A stretch of DNA of 55,177 bases from Comamonadaceae bacterium. Lineage in GTDB: Bacteria > Pseudomonadota > Gammaproteobacteria > Burkholderiales > Burkholderiaceae_C. The stretch lies in contig JBAXNI010000001.1 in NCBI GenBank assembly GCA_037133835.1, forward strand, positions 1 through 55,177, read 5' to 3'. Both the position numbers and the translations under genes were made by a program. Shown here piece after piece: positions 1-11,453 of this stretch. Under the pieces are notes generated by a model. The model searched no databases and was not told where the DNA came from. It saw only the letters and a list, made by a program, of their open reading frames with translations. Each line of letters opens with the position of its first letter. The first letter of the stretch is position 1.

Positions 1-26
1 CGCTCTCCCAGCTGAGCTATACCCCC
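1..26 (-). tRNA. tRNA-Ala, 5' part only (runs off the window edge; anticodon not visible)
   Basis: Reverse complement GGGGGTATAGCTCAGCTGGGAGAGCG is the typical acceptor stem and D-arm start of proteobacterial tRNA-Ala; lies downstream of gltX. Confidence 0.85.
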
Positions 27-88
27 TCGATCCCAGCAGAAGCCGGACTCAAAAAAACTTTCAGGCGTTTTCAACTTTCAAGCCTCAA

Positions 89-94
89 ATTATA
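89..94 (-). promoter_or_regulatory. Sigma70 -10 hexamer (TATAAT) for the tRNA gene
   Basis: Perfect TATAAT on the minus strand about 60 nt upstream of the tRNA; no convincing -35 at 17 bp. Confidence 0.55.
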
Positions 95-104
95 GCTTGA
101 AATG

Positions 105-1493
105 TCACACTTTCCGCAATCGATTGAGTACTGTCTCGCGTGAGCTGAGTTCCAGCACCGCGTCAAGTGATGGTGTCTGCGCCGTGCCCATCACGAGCAC
201 CCGCACTGGCATTGCCAGCTGCGGCATCTTGATCGCGCACGCGGCCAACACTTCCTTGATGACCAAGGCAATCGACGCCTTGTCCCACGCACAGGAGGCC
301 AGTTTTTCAACCAATAGTTGAAGCGCCGGTCTGATCGCCAGCGTGACATGCTGCGCCACCTCCTCCGGCTTTGGCGCAACATCGGCGTAAAAGCGCTCGG
401 CCCAGTCGGCGAGCACCACCGTGGTGTCGCTGCGGTCCTTGAACAGTGCGCAGATTCGGCTCAAACGCTCATCACCCGCGATGCCGCGACACTCCAATTG
501 CTCCTGCACGAGAAGTGCCAGCGCATCGTCGCTCATGGCCTTGAGATGCTGGGCGTTCACCCAGCGCAATTTGGCCTCGTCAAACTGCGCCGCACTGCGA
601 CCCAGATGGTCGAGGTTAAACCACTGCAGAAACTGCTCGCGACTGAATATTTCTTCATCACCATGACTCCAGCCCAGACGCGCCAGATAGTTGACCATGG
701 CAGCTGGCAGAAAGCCTTCGACCCGGTATTGCGTCACAGGCTTGGCGCCATTGCGCTTGCTCATCTTCTCACCCTGCTCGTTCAGGACCGTGGGCAAGTG
801 CGCGTAGACTGGCGGCGCCTTGCCAAGGGCCAGGAAGATATTGATCTGGCGCGGTGTGTTGTTGACGTGGTCGTCACCCCGGATCACGTGCGTGATGGCC
901 ATGTCAATGTCATCAACCACAACGCAGAAGTTGTAGGTTGGCGTGCCATCCGGCCGTGCAATTACCAGATCGTCCAGTTCGTCATTGCTGATCTCGATAC
1001 GACCTTTGACCTTGTCCTCCCAGACGACCGAGCCGCCTTGCGGATTCTTGAAGCGCAGCACCGGTTGCACGCCAGCCGGAACCGCGGGCAGTGTCTTGCC
1101 CTCAGCCGGGCGCCAGGTGCCGTCGTAGCGCGGCTTTTCCTTGGCGGCCATCTGACGCTCGCGCAAGGCGTCCAGGTCGGCAACACTCATGTAGCAGGGG
1201 TAAACGTGGCCGGCGTCCTGCAACTCTGCCAGCACGGCTTTGTAGCGCTCCATGCGTTGCATCTGGTAGAACGGGCCTTCGTCAAAATCCAGACCCAGCC
1301 ACGACATGCCCTCGATGATGACATCGACGGCCGCTTGCGTAGATCGCTCCAGGTCGGTGTCTTCGATGCGCAGGATGAAGTCGCCGCCCGTGGCGCGTGC
1401 AAAAGCCCACGGATACAAGGCCGAGCGAATGTTGCCCAGGTGAATGAAGCCCGTGGGAGACGGGGCGAAGCGCGTGCGGGTTTTTTGGGTCAT
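105..1493 (-). CDS. gltX: Glutamate--tRNA ligase
   Basis: [14 protein letters not shown] (HIGH-like), LRIEDTD, IRGDDH and KMSKR motifs. Confidence 0.97.
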   Translation of the reverse strand: MTQKTRTRFAPSPTGFIHLGNIRSALYPWAFARATGGDFILRIEDTDLERSTQAAVDVIIEGMSWLGLDFDEGPFYQMQRMERYKAVLAELQDAGHVYPCYMSVADLDALRERQMAAKEKPRYDGTWRPAEGKTLPAVPAGVQPVLRFKNPQGGSVVWEDKVKGRIEISNDELDDLVIARPDGTPTYNFCVVVDDIDMAITHVIRGDDHVNNTPRQINIFLALGKAPPVYAHLPTVLNEQGEKMSKRNGAKPVTQYRVEGFLPAAMVNYLARLGWSHGDEEIFSREQFLQWFNLDHLGRSAAQFDEAKLRWVNAQHLKAMSDDALALLVQEQLECRGIAGDERLSRICALFKDRSDTTVVLADWAERFYADVAPKPEEVAQHVTLAIRPALQLLVEKLASCAWDKASIALVIKEVLAACAIKMPQLAMPVRVLVMGTAQTPSLDAVLELSSRETVLNRLRKV

Positions 1494-2713
1494 TTCAGTG
1501 CATCCAGGCCACTGAGGCCCCGTGCCAAGTCATTTTCAATATCGCCAAGATGTTCAAGCCCGACCGCGACGCGGATCAGACCCTGGCCAATGCCGGCGGA
1601 CTGGCGCTGCGCTTCCGTCAACCGCCCATGCGAGGTGCTTGCAGGATGGGCAGCCAGGGTCTTGGTGTCGCCCAGGTTGGTCGACAGCGACAGCAGTTGC
1701 ATGCTGTCAAGCACATGAAAGGCGCGTGCACGTGCCTGCTCGGGACTGTCGGATCTGACCTCAAACGAGAGCACGGCGCCGCCGATCCCCGATTGCTGTG
1801 CCATCGCCAACTGATGCTGCGGGTGGCTCGGCAGCCCAGGGTAATAGACCCGCTTGACGGCCGGATGCTGCTCCAGCCACTGTGCCAGCGCCAGCGTCTG
1901 CGCGGCCTGCGCCCGCATACGGATGTCGAGCGTCTCCAGGCCCTTGAGCACCACCCAGGCGTTAAACGGGGCGAGCGTCATGCCAGCGCTCTTGAGTATC
2001 GGCAAGAACTTTTCGCCAACCAGTTCTTCGCTGGCGCAGAGCGCGCCAGCCATCACACGACCCTGGCCATCCAGATACTTGGTACCGGAATGCATGACGA
2101 TATCCGCGCCCAGCGCGAGCGGACGCTGCAGTGCGGGCGTAGCAAAGCAGTTGTCCACGGCCAGCAGCGCGCCTGCCTGATGTGCCGTCGCGGCCAAGGC
2201 GGAAATATCGCAGACCTCGGTCAGCGGATTCGTGGGCGTCTCGGCAAACAGCAGACGCGTATTGCCGCGTATCGCCGCTTTCCAGGCCGCCAGATCGGTC
2301 TGCGGCACAAAGCTTGACTCCACACCGAAACGCGCCAGGTCGGTCCCGATCAGTTTGATGGTGGAGCCGAACATCGACTGTGAACACACGATGTGGTCTC
2401 CGGACTTCAGCAGCGCCATGCACATCATGAGAATCGCAGCCATGCCTGAGGAAGTCGAAATCGCGGCCTCGCTGCCCTCCATTGCAGCCAGGCGCCGCTC
2501 GAAGCTGGCCACGGTGGGGTTGCCATAGCGCCCATAGGTAAAACCGTCCTCGTCGCCACTAAAGCGTCGCGCCGCCACCTCCGCGGACGGCTGCACATAG
2601 CCGCTGGTGAGGTACAGGGCCTCGGAGTTTTCACCATACTGGCTGCGGTCCACTGCTGAGCGCACAGCCAGCGTGTCCGGGTGCAGTGCGGCGGATGCTT
2701 TCTTGTCAGTCAT
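1490..2713 (-). CDS. metZ: O-succinylhomoserine sulfhydrylase (PLP-dependent)
   Basis: Cys/Met PLP enzyme motifs [26 protein letters not shown] (PLP lysine); downstream of purF. Alternative start at 2719. Confidence 0.9.
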   Translation of the reverse strand: MTDKKASAALHPDTLAVRSAVDRSQYGENSEALYLTSGYVQPSAEVAARRFSGDEDGFTYGRYGNPTVASFERRLAAMEGSEAAISTSSGMAAILMMCMALLKSGDHIVCSQSMFGSTIKLIGTDLARFGVESSFVPQTDLAAWKAAIRGNTRLLFAETPTNPLTEVCDISALAATAHQAGALLAVDNCFATPALQRPLALGADIVMHSGTKYLDGQGRVMAGALCASEELVGEKFLPILKSAGMTLAPFNAWVVLKGLETLDIRMRAQAAQTLALAQWLEQHPAVKRVYYPGLPSHPQHQLAMAQQSGIGGAVLSFEVRSDSPEQARARAFHVLDSMQLLSLSTNLGDTKTLAAHPASTSHGRLTEAQRQSAGIGQGLIRVAVGLEHLGDIENDLARGLSGLDALK

Positions 2714-2715
2714 GT

Positions 2716-4215
2716 TCATTCTTCGTGATTGGGCAGCGCCAGGCGGGAGTTGTCATCACCCCCCTCCTCCACGGCGACCCGATTGGAATTGAGGCGTGCA
2801 ATGTCTGCCGCAGTGATGTCGCCGGTCACATAGACGCCATCGAAGCAGGACGCGTCAAAGCCAGCGATGTTGGGGTTAAGCGAGCCGATCGCCTTCTTCA
2901 TGCCATCGACATCCTGATAGATCAGCGCATCGCAACCAATGAGTTGGCGAATCTGTTCGACGCTGCGGTTGTGTGCCACCAGTTCATCGGGCGTCGGCAT
3001 ATCGATGCCGTAGACATTCGGATAGCGCACCGGTGGCGCGGCGCTAGCCATGTAGACCTTGCGCGCGCCAGCGTCGCGCGCCATCTGCACGATCTCGCGG
3101 CTCGTGGTGCCGCGCACAATCGAATCATCCACCAGCAGCACATTGCGGCCCTTGAATTCACTCGCGATGACGTTGAGTTTTTGGCGGACCGACTTCTTGC
3201 GCACCGACTGCCCTGGCATGATAAACGTGCGCCCAACGTAGCGGTTCTTCACAAATCCTTCGCGATACGGCAAACCCAACAGCTGCGCCAATTGCGCCGC
3301 ACTGGGCCGGCTCGACTCGGGAATCGGAATCACCACATCAATCTCGTTCGGTGGCACAGTGGATATGACGCGCTGAGCCAGTGTTTCGCCCAGATTCAGC
3401 CGCGCCTGATAGACCGAAATACCATCCATCACCGAGTCTGGTCGCGCCAGATAGACATATTCAAAAATGCAGGGATTGAGCACCGGGTTCTGGGCACACT
3501 GCTGCGCATGCAGATTGCCTTGCAAATCTATGAAGATGGCCTCGCCGGGCAGGACATTGCGCTCCAGCTTGTGGGACGTACCTTCCAGAGCCACTGATTC
3601 GCTGGCAATCAGCAGCGTACCTGCGCCACGTCCCAGACACAGTGGTCGAATGCCAAAAGGATCCCGAAAAGCAAGCACGCCGTGGCCGGCGATCATGGCA
3701 ATCACGGCGTAAGAACCCCTGACGCGCAAATGCACGCGCCGCACGGCATCAAACACATCCTGCGGCTGCAACGGAAAACCGCGCGTCGTTTTTTCGATTT
3801 CATGGGCCAGCACATTGAGCAGGACCTCGGAGTCGCTTTCGGTATTGATGTGGCGGTGGTCGGTGCTGAAGAGTTCGGCCTTGAGCGCCTGCGCGTTGGT
3901 CAGGTTACCGTTATGCACGAGCACGATGCCAAACGGCGCGTTGACGTAAAAGGGTTGCGCCTCTTCCTCGCTGTAAGCGTTACCCGCGGTCGGGTAGCGC
4001 ACCTGGCCGAGGCCACAGTTACCCGGCAAGGAACGCATGTTGCGTGTGCGAAACACGTCGCGCACCATGCCCTTGGCCTTGTGCATGAAGAACTTGCGTT
4101 CCTGCTGCGTAACAATGCCTGCCGCGTCCTGACCCCGATGTTGCAATAGCAGCAAGGCGTCGTAGATGAGCTGATTGACAGGTGCGTTGCTGACAACGCC
4201 GACGATTCCACACAT
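2716..4215 (-). CDS. purF: Amidophosphoribosyltransferase
   Basis: Start set at MCGIVG (N-terminal nucleophile Cys); LQHRGQDAAG, HNGNL and VDDSIVRGTTS (PRPP loop). Confidence 0.97.
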   Translation of the reverse strand: MCGIVGVVSNAPVNQLIYDALLLLQHRGQDAAGIVTQQERKFFMHKAKGMVRDVFRTRNMRSLPGNCGLGQVRYPTAGNAYSEEEAQPFYVNAPFGIVLVHNGNLTNAQALKAELFSTDHRHINTESDSEVLLNVLAHEIEKTTRGFPLQPQDVFDAVRRVHLRVRGSYAVIAMIAGHGVLAFRDPFGIRPLCLGRGAGTLLIASESVALEGTSHKLERNVLPGEAIFIDLQGNLHAQQCAQNPVLNPCIFEYVYLARPDSVMDGISVYQARLNLGETLAQRVISTVPPNEIDVVIPIPESSRPSAAQLAQLLGLPYREGFVKNRYVGRTFIMPGQSVRKKSVRQKLNVIASEFKGRNVLLVDDSIVRGTTSREIVQMARDAGARKVYMASAAPPVRYPNVYGIDMPTPDELVAHNRSVEQIRQLIGCDALIYQDVDGMKKAIGSLNPNIAGFDASCFDGVYVTGDITAADIARLNSNRVAVEEGGDDNSRLALPNHEE

Positions 4216-4706
4216 TATGTTAGATACTTTCCAAATTCCTGCGGCATCAGTGGCTTCAACCCCTGCAAAGCCGACTGAGCCAGACCCGCTGCCACCGAGT
4301 CCTGCCACCAGGCACTGCGCTGCAAGGGCGTCATGCTAACGATCACCGTCGCGACCAACACGACAATGACACCCCGCAGCAAGCCAAACACAGCGCCCAG
4401 AGCCCGGTCCGCCGCCTGCAGGCCGGCGGCAGCAAACAATTTCTTGACCAGGGTGGCAAGCAGGCCACCAACAAACACGGACAACACAAAGATCAGTGCG
4501 AAGGCCGCCGCATATCGAATAGCCTCGCTCGCCCCACTCATCGGCAGTTTCGACGCAACATCGCTTGCAAGCCATTGGGCCAGAACAAAGGCCGCGACCC
4601 AGTTAAGCAAGGACAGTACCTCGTAGATCAAACCACGCCAGGCACCCAACAGCAGAGAAACCAGCAGCACGGCGCCAAAAATCCAGTCCAGGGAAATTTC
4701 GGGCAT
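4215..4706 (-). CDS. cvpA: CvpA family membrane protein
   Basis: Hydrophobic ~163 aa protein with DW...GAWRGL..E and DRALGAVFGLLRG; directly upstream of purF. Confidence 0.92.
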   Translation of the reverse strand: MPEISLDWIFGAVLLVSLLLGAWRGLIYEVLSLLNWVAAFVLAQWLASDVASKLPMSGASEAIRYAAAFALIFVLSVFVGGLLATLVKKLFAAAGLQAADRALGAVFGLLRGVIVVLVATVIVSMTPLQRSAWWQDSVAAGLAQSALQGLKPLMPQEFGKYLT

Positions 4707-4724
4707 GGTTCCAGCGCCCACTTC

Positions 4725-5447
4725 TCAGAGCGTCAAGGTCGCTGCGGGCAGATTGAGCTTCTTGATCTTGTCTGCCGCCTTGTCGGCCTCAGGTTTGCCC
4801 GCAAACGGACCCACACGCACGCGAATCCTCCGTCCATCCTTTGTGTCCACGACCTGGGTGTACGTTTTCAGACCAGCATGCTCCAATTTCTGGCGCACCT
4901 CGCGCGCTTTGGTCACATCGGCAAAAGCACCAACCTGGACGACAAAACGCGCATCGGCGGCATCGCCCTTCGCGGCTTGGTCCTTGCCATCAAGCAGCGC
5001 CTGAGCCTTGCCGCCATCATCCGCCTTGGCAGGGGCCGAAGCAGGTTTCTGCAAAACTGCCGGTTCGGACCTGGCAATGGGCCTGACGCCGGCAGACACG
5101 CCGGGCTGAGGCGTTGAAGCGGCGGCTGGCGCTGCAACTGCAGCGGAGGCAGAGGGCACCGCTGAAGCCGCTGCAGACGGCTCCTCGGCCTTGGGCGCCA
5201 CGACGGGCGGCGGAATGTTGAGCGGTTTGACTTTGGCACGATCCGGTATTTCGATCGGGATGTCGACGGCAATCGGACGCGGCTGCCTGTCAAACAACAA
5301 GGGAAAACCTATTACGCCGACCAGCACCAGTAAAGCCGCACCCAGCAGACGATGCTTGGCGCGCCTGCGCATCACCTCGATGCTCTCGGGCGGTGCCGGC
5401 AAAGCCGATGGCTCTTCAGTGCGTTTTCGAAACTTGAAAAAGGCCAT
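4725..5447 (-). CDS. dedD: SPOR-domain cell division protein (DedD-like)
   Basis: RRRAKHRLLGA plus TM helix, Ala/Pro linker, C-terminal SPOR (VVQVGAF...RVRVGPF); between folC and cvpA. Confidence 0.85.
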   Translation of the reverse strand: MAFFKFRKRTEEPSALPAPPESIEVMRRRAKHRLLGAALLVLVGVIGFPLLFDRQPRPIAVDIPIEIPDRAKVKPLNIPPPVVAPKAEEPSAAASAVPSASAAVAAPAAASTPQPGVSAGVRPIARSEPAVLQKPASAPAKADDGGKAQALLDGKDQAAKGDAADARFVVQVGAFADVTKAREVRQKLEHAGLKTYTQVVDTKDGRRIRVRVGPFAGKPEADKAADKIKKLNLPAATLTL

Positions 5448-5466
5448 GTTGTGGAGTGTCAGGAGT

Positions 5467-6783
5467 TCAACTGTTGGGCACGTGCTGGGTGGGCAAACGC
5501 GGCGGTCCGTCCTTCAATACACCACCTACGGTGAAGAACGAGCCGAACACAATGATTCTATCAGCGGGGTCTGCTGCCCTGATGGCTGATTGCAGGGCCT
5601 GGTCTGGATTCGGATAGCTCTCGGCGACGACATTTGTTCTGTTGTTCTGAGCCCGCCACTGCGCCAGCAAACGCTGCGCCGATTGCGCTCGTGCGGTGGG
5701 CAAATCTGTGAAATACCAGCAATCAATCAAGGGGCTGATCCGATGCAACATGGCAGTCACATCCTTGTCCGCCATGGCGCCGAAAACCGCATGCGTGCGC
5801 GGAAAATAGCCCATTGCATCAAGATTGGCCACCAGGGCGGCAACGGCATGCGGGTTGTGCGCCACGTCAAGCACCAGCGTCGGTTGACCTGCGATCACCT
5901 GAAAACGGCCTGGCAACTCCACCAGCGCCAAGCCGCTGCGCACCGCCTGCGCCGTCACGGGCAATCGTTCACGCAAAGCCATCAGTGCGGCCAGCACTGC
6001 GGCCGCATTAAGCAACTGGTTGGCACCGCGCAGCGCAGGATAGGCCAGACCGCTGTAGCGCCGGCCACGACCAGCCCATGCCCATTGCTGCCGGTCACCT
6101 GAGACATTGAAATCGACGCCCAGGCGCCATAGATCAGCATCGATTTCAACCGCATGATCCAGCAAACTTTGCGGCGGCACGGGATCGCTGACGATCACCG
6201 GCCGGCCGGTGCGCATGATGCCTGCCTTCTCCCGACCAATCGACTCCCGGTCGGGCCCGAGAAATTCCATGTGATCCAGATCTATGCTGGTGATCACAGC
6301 GCAGTCGGGTTCAATGATGTTGACCGCATCAAGCCGCCCGCCCAGACCGACTTCGAGAACAACCACGTCGAGTTTGGAGCGAACCATGACATCGAGAATG
6401 GCGAGCGTTGAAAACTCGAAATAGGTGAGGGATATGGCATCACCCTCCTGGCAGCGCGCACGCTCCACAGCGGCAAAGGCGGCTACCAGTTCAGCACTGG
6501 CCACCGGATCACCGCACAGGCGCAGCCGCTCTTCGAAACGTACCAGATGAGGCGATGTGTAAACCCCGGTGCGGTAGCCTGCCTGCGCCAGAATGGACTC
6601 CAGCATGGCGCAGGTGGAGCCTTTGCCGTTGGTGCCCGCCACGGTAATCACCGGGCAAGTGAAGCGCAGCCCCATGCGCTGCGCCACCACCTTGACGCGC
6701 TGCAGGCCCATGTCGATGTTCTTCGGGTGCAGCCGCTCGCAGTGGGCCAGCCATTGGTCTAGCGTTTGAGCTTGTGTGATCAT
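5467..6783 (-). CDS. folC: Bifunctional dihydrofolate synthase/folylpolyglutamate synthase
   Basis: VAGTNGKGST, YTSPHL, LEVGLGGRLDA, LDVAHNP. Start uncertain (6783-6795). Confidence 0.95.
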   Translation of the reverse strand: MITQAQTLDQWLAHCERLHPKNIDMGLQRVKVVAQRMGLRFTCPVITVAGTNGKGSTCAMLESILAQAGYRTGVYTSPHLVRFEERLRLCGDPVASAELVAAFAAVERARCQEGDAISLTYFEFSTLAILDVMVRSKLDVVVLEVGLGGRLDAVNIIEPDCAVITSIDLDHMEFLGPDRESIGREKAGIMRTGRPVIVSDPVPPQSLLDHAVEIDADLWRLGVDFNVSGDRQQWAWAGRGRRYSGLAYPALRGANQLLNAAAVLAALMALRERLPVTAQAVRSGLALVELPGRFQVIAGQPTLVLDVAHNPHAVAALVANLDAMGYFPRTHAVFGAMADKDVTAMLHRISPLIDCWYFTDLPTARAQSAQRLLAQWRAQNNRTNVVAESYPNPDQALQSAIRAADPADRIIVFGSFFTVGGVLKDGPPRLPTQHVPNS

Positions 6784-6788
6784 CGTGA

Positions 6789-8213
<1,425 letters not shown>

Positions 8214-8254
8214 TTCGCCTTCTCCGGAGTGGCGAGCGTCGATTCGTGTGCGGC

Positions 8255-8326
8255 GGGTTGGGTCGGGCAGCCTGGCGCTCATACGCTTCGCTTTTTGAAA
8301 TCGCCCCAGCCTGCCCGACCCAACCC
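8255..8326. repeat. 21-bp inverted repeat (1 mismatch) around a 30-bp spacer; REP/MITE-like element
   Basis: GGGTTGGGTCGGGCAGCCTGG (8255-8275) and CCAGCCTGCCCGACCCAACCC (8306-8326). Confidence 0.8.
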
Positions 8327-8413
8327 AACTTGGAGGACGTACTGCCTCACACTGGATCCTTGGCTAGAAGATGCTGGCTACTGTCATTCGCCCTCCTCCG
8401 AATTAACATACCG

Positions 8414-8797
8414 CTACGACATCGGCTGCGTCGAAAAAGTCATGTCACGTGCCTCGACAGATTGCTCAACCGCCCGCGGCACAAAGATGACGACGTGGTC
8501 GAATTTCTGCGGCTCAAAGTCGCGATCAATACACTCTTTCCAGTACCGCATGTGAAGTTCGTCGATTTCGTGCGGTGACCCCTTAACGGTCGCACCCGCC
8601 ATCCCCTGAACAGAGAACCATGATAGAAACATACGACCGTCGCGAACAGACTTGAATATTGCTTCGTAATGCATTCGCTCCCTATCAAGGGTTTGCATGC
8701 AATCGGCTCTGCGCTCGACAAGCACGCGCATCCACTCATCGGCCTTGGTTTCAAACCCGACTTTGACCGCGAATGACACCAATTCTGTTACGTACAT
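8414..8797 (-). CDS. Uncharacterised protein, DUF6176-like
   Basis: 127 aa from MYVTEL; pattern EL..F.VK.G...ADEWM...TL..ERM..E.IF...LSWFSVQG...H.ID..H..YWKECID resembles DUF6176 as I recall it; lower GC than argG. Confidence 0.7.
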   Translation of the reverse strand: MYVTELVSFAVKVGFETKADEWMRVLVERRADCMQTLDRERMHYEAIFKSVRDGRMFLSWFSVQGMAGATVKGSPHEIDELHMRYWKECIDRDFEPQKFDHVVIFVPRAVEQSVEARDMTFSTQPMS

Positions 8798-8976
8798 TTT
8801 TGCGCCTTCTCGGTTTGCGTTGTGTTGGACGTCCAGTGTACTTGTCGAGTCCTTCTGCATCTCCGAGTATGCTGCTAACGTCGCCAAGTTGCATTTCACG
8901 AGCTGCCAAGCGTGCGAGTGAATCAGGGACGCAAGCCCCAAACTCTGCCACCACTGACAACAAGCCGTATGCGTTT

Positions 8977-9936
8977 CTACTCGCGGTTTAGGTACACAGT
9001 AGCTACTGGCATCATCGAAGCGGCAGTGATACCCAGGTAGGACAAACCAGGTACTTTGCCGCTGGCAACGTTGTCAACTTTCATGGAATCAAGGTTGTCA
9101 CGGCTCATCAGTGGCTCGCCTGGGGCCAATTCCATCAAAGCGGCCTGCAATCGGCCCAGCCAGCGCGGCAGCGCAAGCACCGGACGACCGCGCCCGCCTC
9201 TCACACCGCTCAGTCGCGCTGACAACTGCACAAGTTCACGCAGGGTGAATACGTCCGGGCCGCACAGTTCCAGAACCAGCGGTACATTGGGCGCACGGGC
9301 GATGTCGGTGCGCTCCAGACTCCGCACGACGGCACTGGCCACGTCCTCCACCCACACCGGCTGAAAGCGCGTTGCAGCACCGGCCAGCGGCATCACCGGC
9401 AGGGCTTTCTGCAATTGCGCGAAGACATTGAGAAACTTGTCGTTCTCGCCAAAGATCACACTGGGCCGAAGAATTGTCAGATCAAACGTGCACTGTTGGC
9501 CCGGCGTAGCCGCTTGCATCAATACCGCTTCCCCCTGCCCCTTGCTGTGCAGGTACATTGAGGGCGCTGATTGTGTCCGTGCTGAATCCGCACCCAGCGC
9601 GCTGAGGTGCACCATTTGCGTGACGCGAGCGGCCATGCAGGCTCGTGCCAGCTTTTGCGGCAGGTCCACATGAACCTTTTCAAATGCGTCAGCGGTGCCG
9701 TGCAGGATGGCCACCAGGTTCACCACTGCCTGCTGCCCGACCAGCGCCCGCGCCAATGATGCCTCATCATGCACGTCGAGCTCCAGCACATGGACTTCGG
9801 GCAAGCGACTGTGCAACCGTTCGGTATGGGATCGCTGGCGCGTGGGCACGGTCACCTGCCAGCCATGACGCAGCAGGTTTTCACACACCGGTGCGCCAAC
9901 GAAACCGGTGCCGCCCAATACCAAAACATTTCTCAT
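8977..9936 (-). CDS. NAD-dependent epimerase/dehydratase, complex I NDUFA9-like atypical SDR
   Basis: VLGGTGFVG Rossmann motif, VVNLVAIL, HLSALGA, YLHSK, LRPSVIFG, FQPVWVEDVA. Confidence 0.88.
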   Translation of the reverse strand: MRNVLVLGGTGFVGAPVCENLLRHGWQVTVPTRQRSHTERLHSRLPEVHVLELDVHDEASLARALVGQQAVVNLVAILHGTADAFEKVHVDLPQKLARACMAARVTQMVHLSALGADSARTQSAPSMYLHSKGQGEAVLMQAATPGQQCTFDLTILRPSVIFGENDKFLNVFAQLQKALPVMPLAGAATRFQPVWVEDVASAVVRSLERTDIARAPNVPLVLELCGPDVFTLRELVQLSARLSGVRGGRGRPVLALPRWLGRLQAALMELAPGEPLMSRDNLDSMKVDNVASGKVPGLSYLGITAASMMPVATVYLNRE

Positions 9937-10051
9937 AACCCGAATCTAACGCCTCTCATCATGTGCCGTGCCGTGCAAGGTCAAACAGCGCTGACCAAGG
10001 GCGAGCGAAAAGCCGCTAACATGACGACCTCTTAGTGTTTTAGAACCTCCC

Positions 10052-10369
10052 ATGACCACCTCCAGCATTGACAACGTCAGTATCACGACCCAGGCCAATA
10101 TTTACTTTGATGGCAAATGTGTGAGCCACGGTATTACCTTTGCCGATGGCAGCAAGAAGACGGTCGGCGTACTGCTGCCGGCCACCCTGAAGTTCAACAC
10201 GGTAGCGCCGGAGATCATGGAATGCGTGGCCGGCAGTTGCGAATACAAGCTGGCTGGGAGCGCGGCTTGGGTGAAATCGGCTGCCGGGGAGAAATTCAGC
10301 GTACCGGGCAATTCTTCATTCGAGATTAGGGTCACCAACGCCTATCACTACATTTGTCATTTCGGCTGA
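10052..10369 (+). CDS. ppnP: Pyrimidine/purine nucleoside phosphorylase (DUF1255)
   Basis: ANIYFDGKCVS, TVGVLLP, F.T.APEIME, F.VPGNSSF, YIC; 105 aa. Confidence 0.9.
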   Translation: MTTSSIDNVSITTQANIYFDGKCVSHGITFADGSKKTVGVLLPATLKFNTVAPEIMECVAGSCEYKLAGSAAWVKSAAGEKFSVPGNSSFEIRVTNAYHYICHFG

Positions 10370-10370
10370 A

Positions 10371-11402
10371 TCAGACAACGACCGGCTCGGGCTCCAGCCG
10401 GATGCCAAAACGCTCGTAGACGCTGGTCTGAATAGCCTTGGCCAGGGTCATGACTTCGCCGCCGGTGGCACCGCCCCGATTAACCAATACCAGCGCCTGC
10501 TTCTCGTAGACACCGGCGTTCCCGACTGACTTGCCCTTCCAGCCGCAGGCGTCGATCAGCCAGCCGGCAGCCAGCTTGATGGCGCCGTCCGCCAGGTGGT
10601 AGTAAACAATTTTGGGATCACGTGCAATGATGTCAGCGCATTGTTCCGGTGTGACGGTCGGGTTCTTGAAAAAGCTTCCGGCATTGCCGACAAGCGCCGG
10701 ATCCGGCAACTTGGCACGACGAATTTCGCAAATCCACTGGAACATCTGCTGCGCCGAGGGCTGCTTGATACCGGACTCCAGCAACTTCTTCTCTACATCG
10801 GCATAGCCAAGTACCGCTTTCCACGGCTTCGGCAGACTGAAGCGAACCCGCGTGATGAGCGCACGGCCCGCCAGTCCAAGGCTGGTTGATTCGTGCTTGA
10901 AGACGGAGTCACGATAGCCAAAGGCACACTGCGCAGCGTTCAGCGTGAATGGCTTGCCCGTATTCAGGTCCACCGCGTCCAGTGAATCAAAACGGTCCTG
11001 CAACTCCACGCCATAGGCGCCAATGTTCTGCACCGGGGCAGCACCAACGGTTCCAGGAATCAATGCCATGTTTTCCAGACCGGGGTAGCCCTGATTCAAT
11101 GTCCAGCTGACAAAGTCATGCCAGTTCTCCCCGGCGCCAGCCTCTACGATAAAGGCCTTGGCCGTTTCACCTACCAGACGCCGCCCCTTGATCTCGACTT
11201 TCAGCACCAGTGGCTTGACGTCGCCGGTGAGCACAATATTGCTGCCGCCGCCGAGAACGAACTTGGCCTGCGCGACGGATTCAGGGTCCGCGAGCAGCGC
11301 TCGCAACTCGGATTCGCTGCCTATGCGAACCAGACAATGCGCCTTGGCCACGATGCCAAAACTGTTACAGGCTTGGAGCGGAACGTTTTTCTCGATTAAC
11401 AT
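10371..11402 (-). CDS. murB: UDP-N-acetylenolpyruvoylglucosamine reductase
   Basis: [47 protein letters not shown]. Confidence 0.97.
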   Translation of the reverse strand: MLIEKNVPLQACNSFGIVAKAHCLVRIGSESELRALLADPESVAQAKFVLGGGSNIVLTGDVKPLVLKVEIKGRRLVGETAKAFIVEAGAGENWHDFVSWTLNQGYPGLENMALIPGTVGAAPVQNIGAYGVELQDRFDSLDAVDLNTGKPFTLNAAQCAFGYRDSVFKHESTSLGLAGRALITRVRFSLPKPWKAVLGYADVEKKLLESGIKQPSAQQMFQWICEIRRAKLPDPALVGNAGSFFKNPTVTPEQCADIIARDPKIVYYHLADGAIKLAAGWLIDACGWKGKSVGNAGVYEKQALVLVNRGGATGGEVMTLAKAIQTSVYERFGIRLEPEPVVV

Positions 11403-11453
11403 TGCTGCAATTCTCTCACTAGCGATCTGCTACGATTTTTTTGGGAGTTGACC

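Noticed and set aside
318-1718. 466-aa ORF antisense to gltX/metZ (similar: 2686-3597, 13578-14375, 21455-22594, 27052-27879, 45778-46629, 48695-49693)
   Set aside because: Shadow ORFs opposite well-conserved genes, expected from codon bias in GC-rich DNA; no recognisable motifs.
4198-4225. TTATGTTAGAT resembles the XerD arm of dif
   Set aside because: No XerC arm at the correct spacing, and it lies in the cvpA/purF coding junction.
8229-8555. Small ORFs spanning the inverted repeat (8229-8555, 8246-8578)
   Set aside because: They translate a palindromic element and overlap the better-supported minus-strand gene.
8870-8935. GTTAGCA upstream of the DUF6176-like gene as a possible integron attC/core site
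   Set aside because: Does not fit GTTRRRY, no complementary RYYYAAC box, and no integrase in the window.
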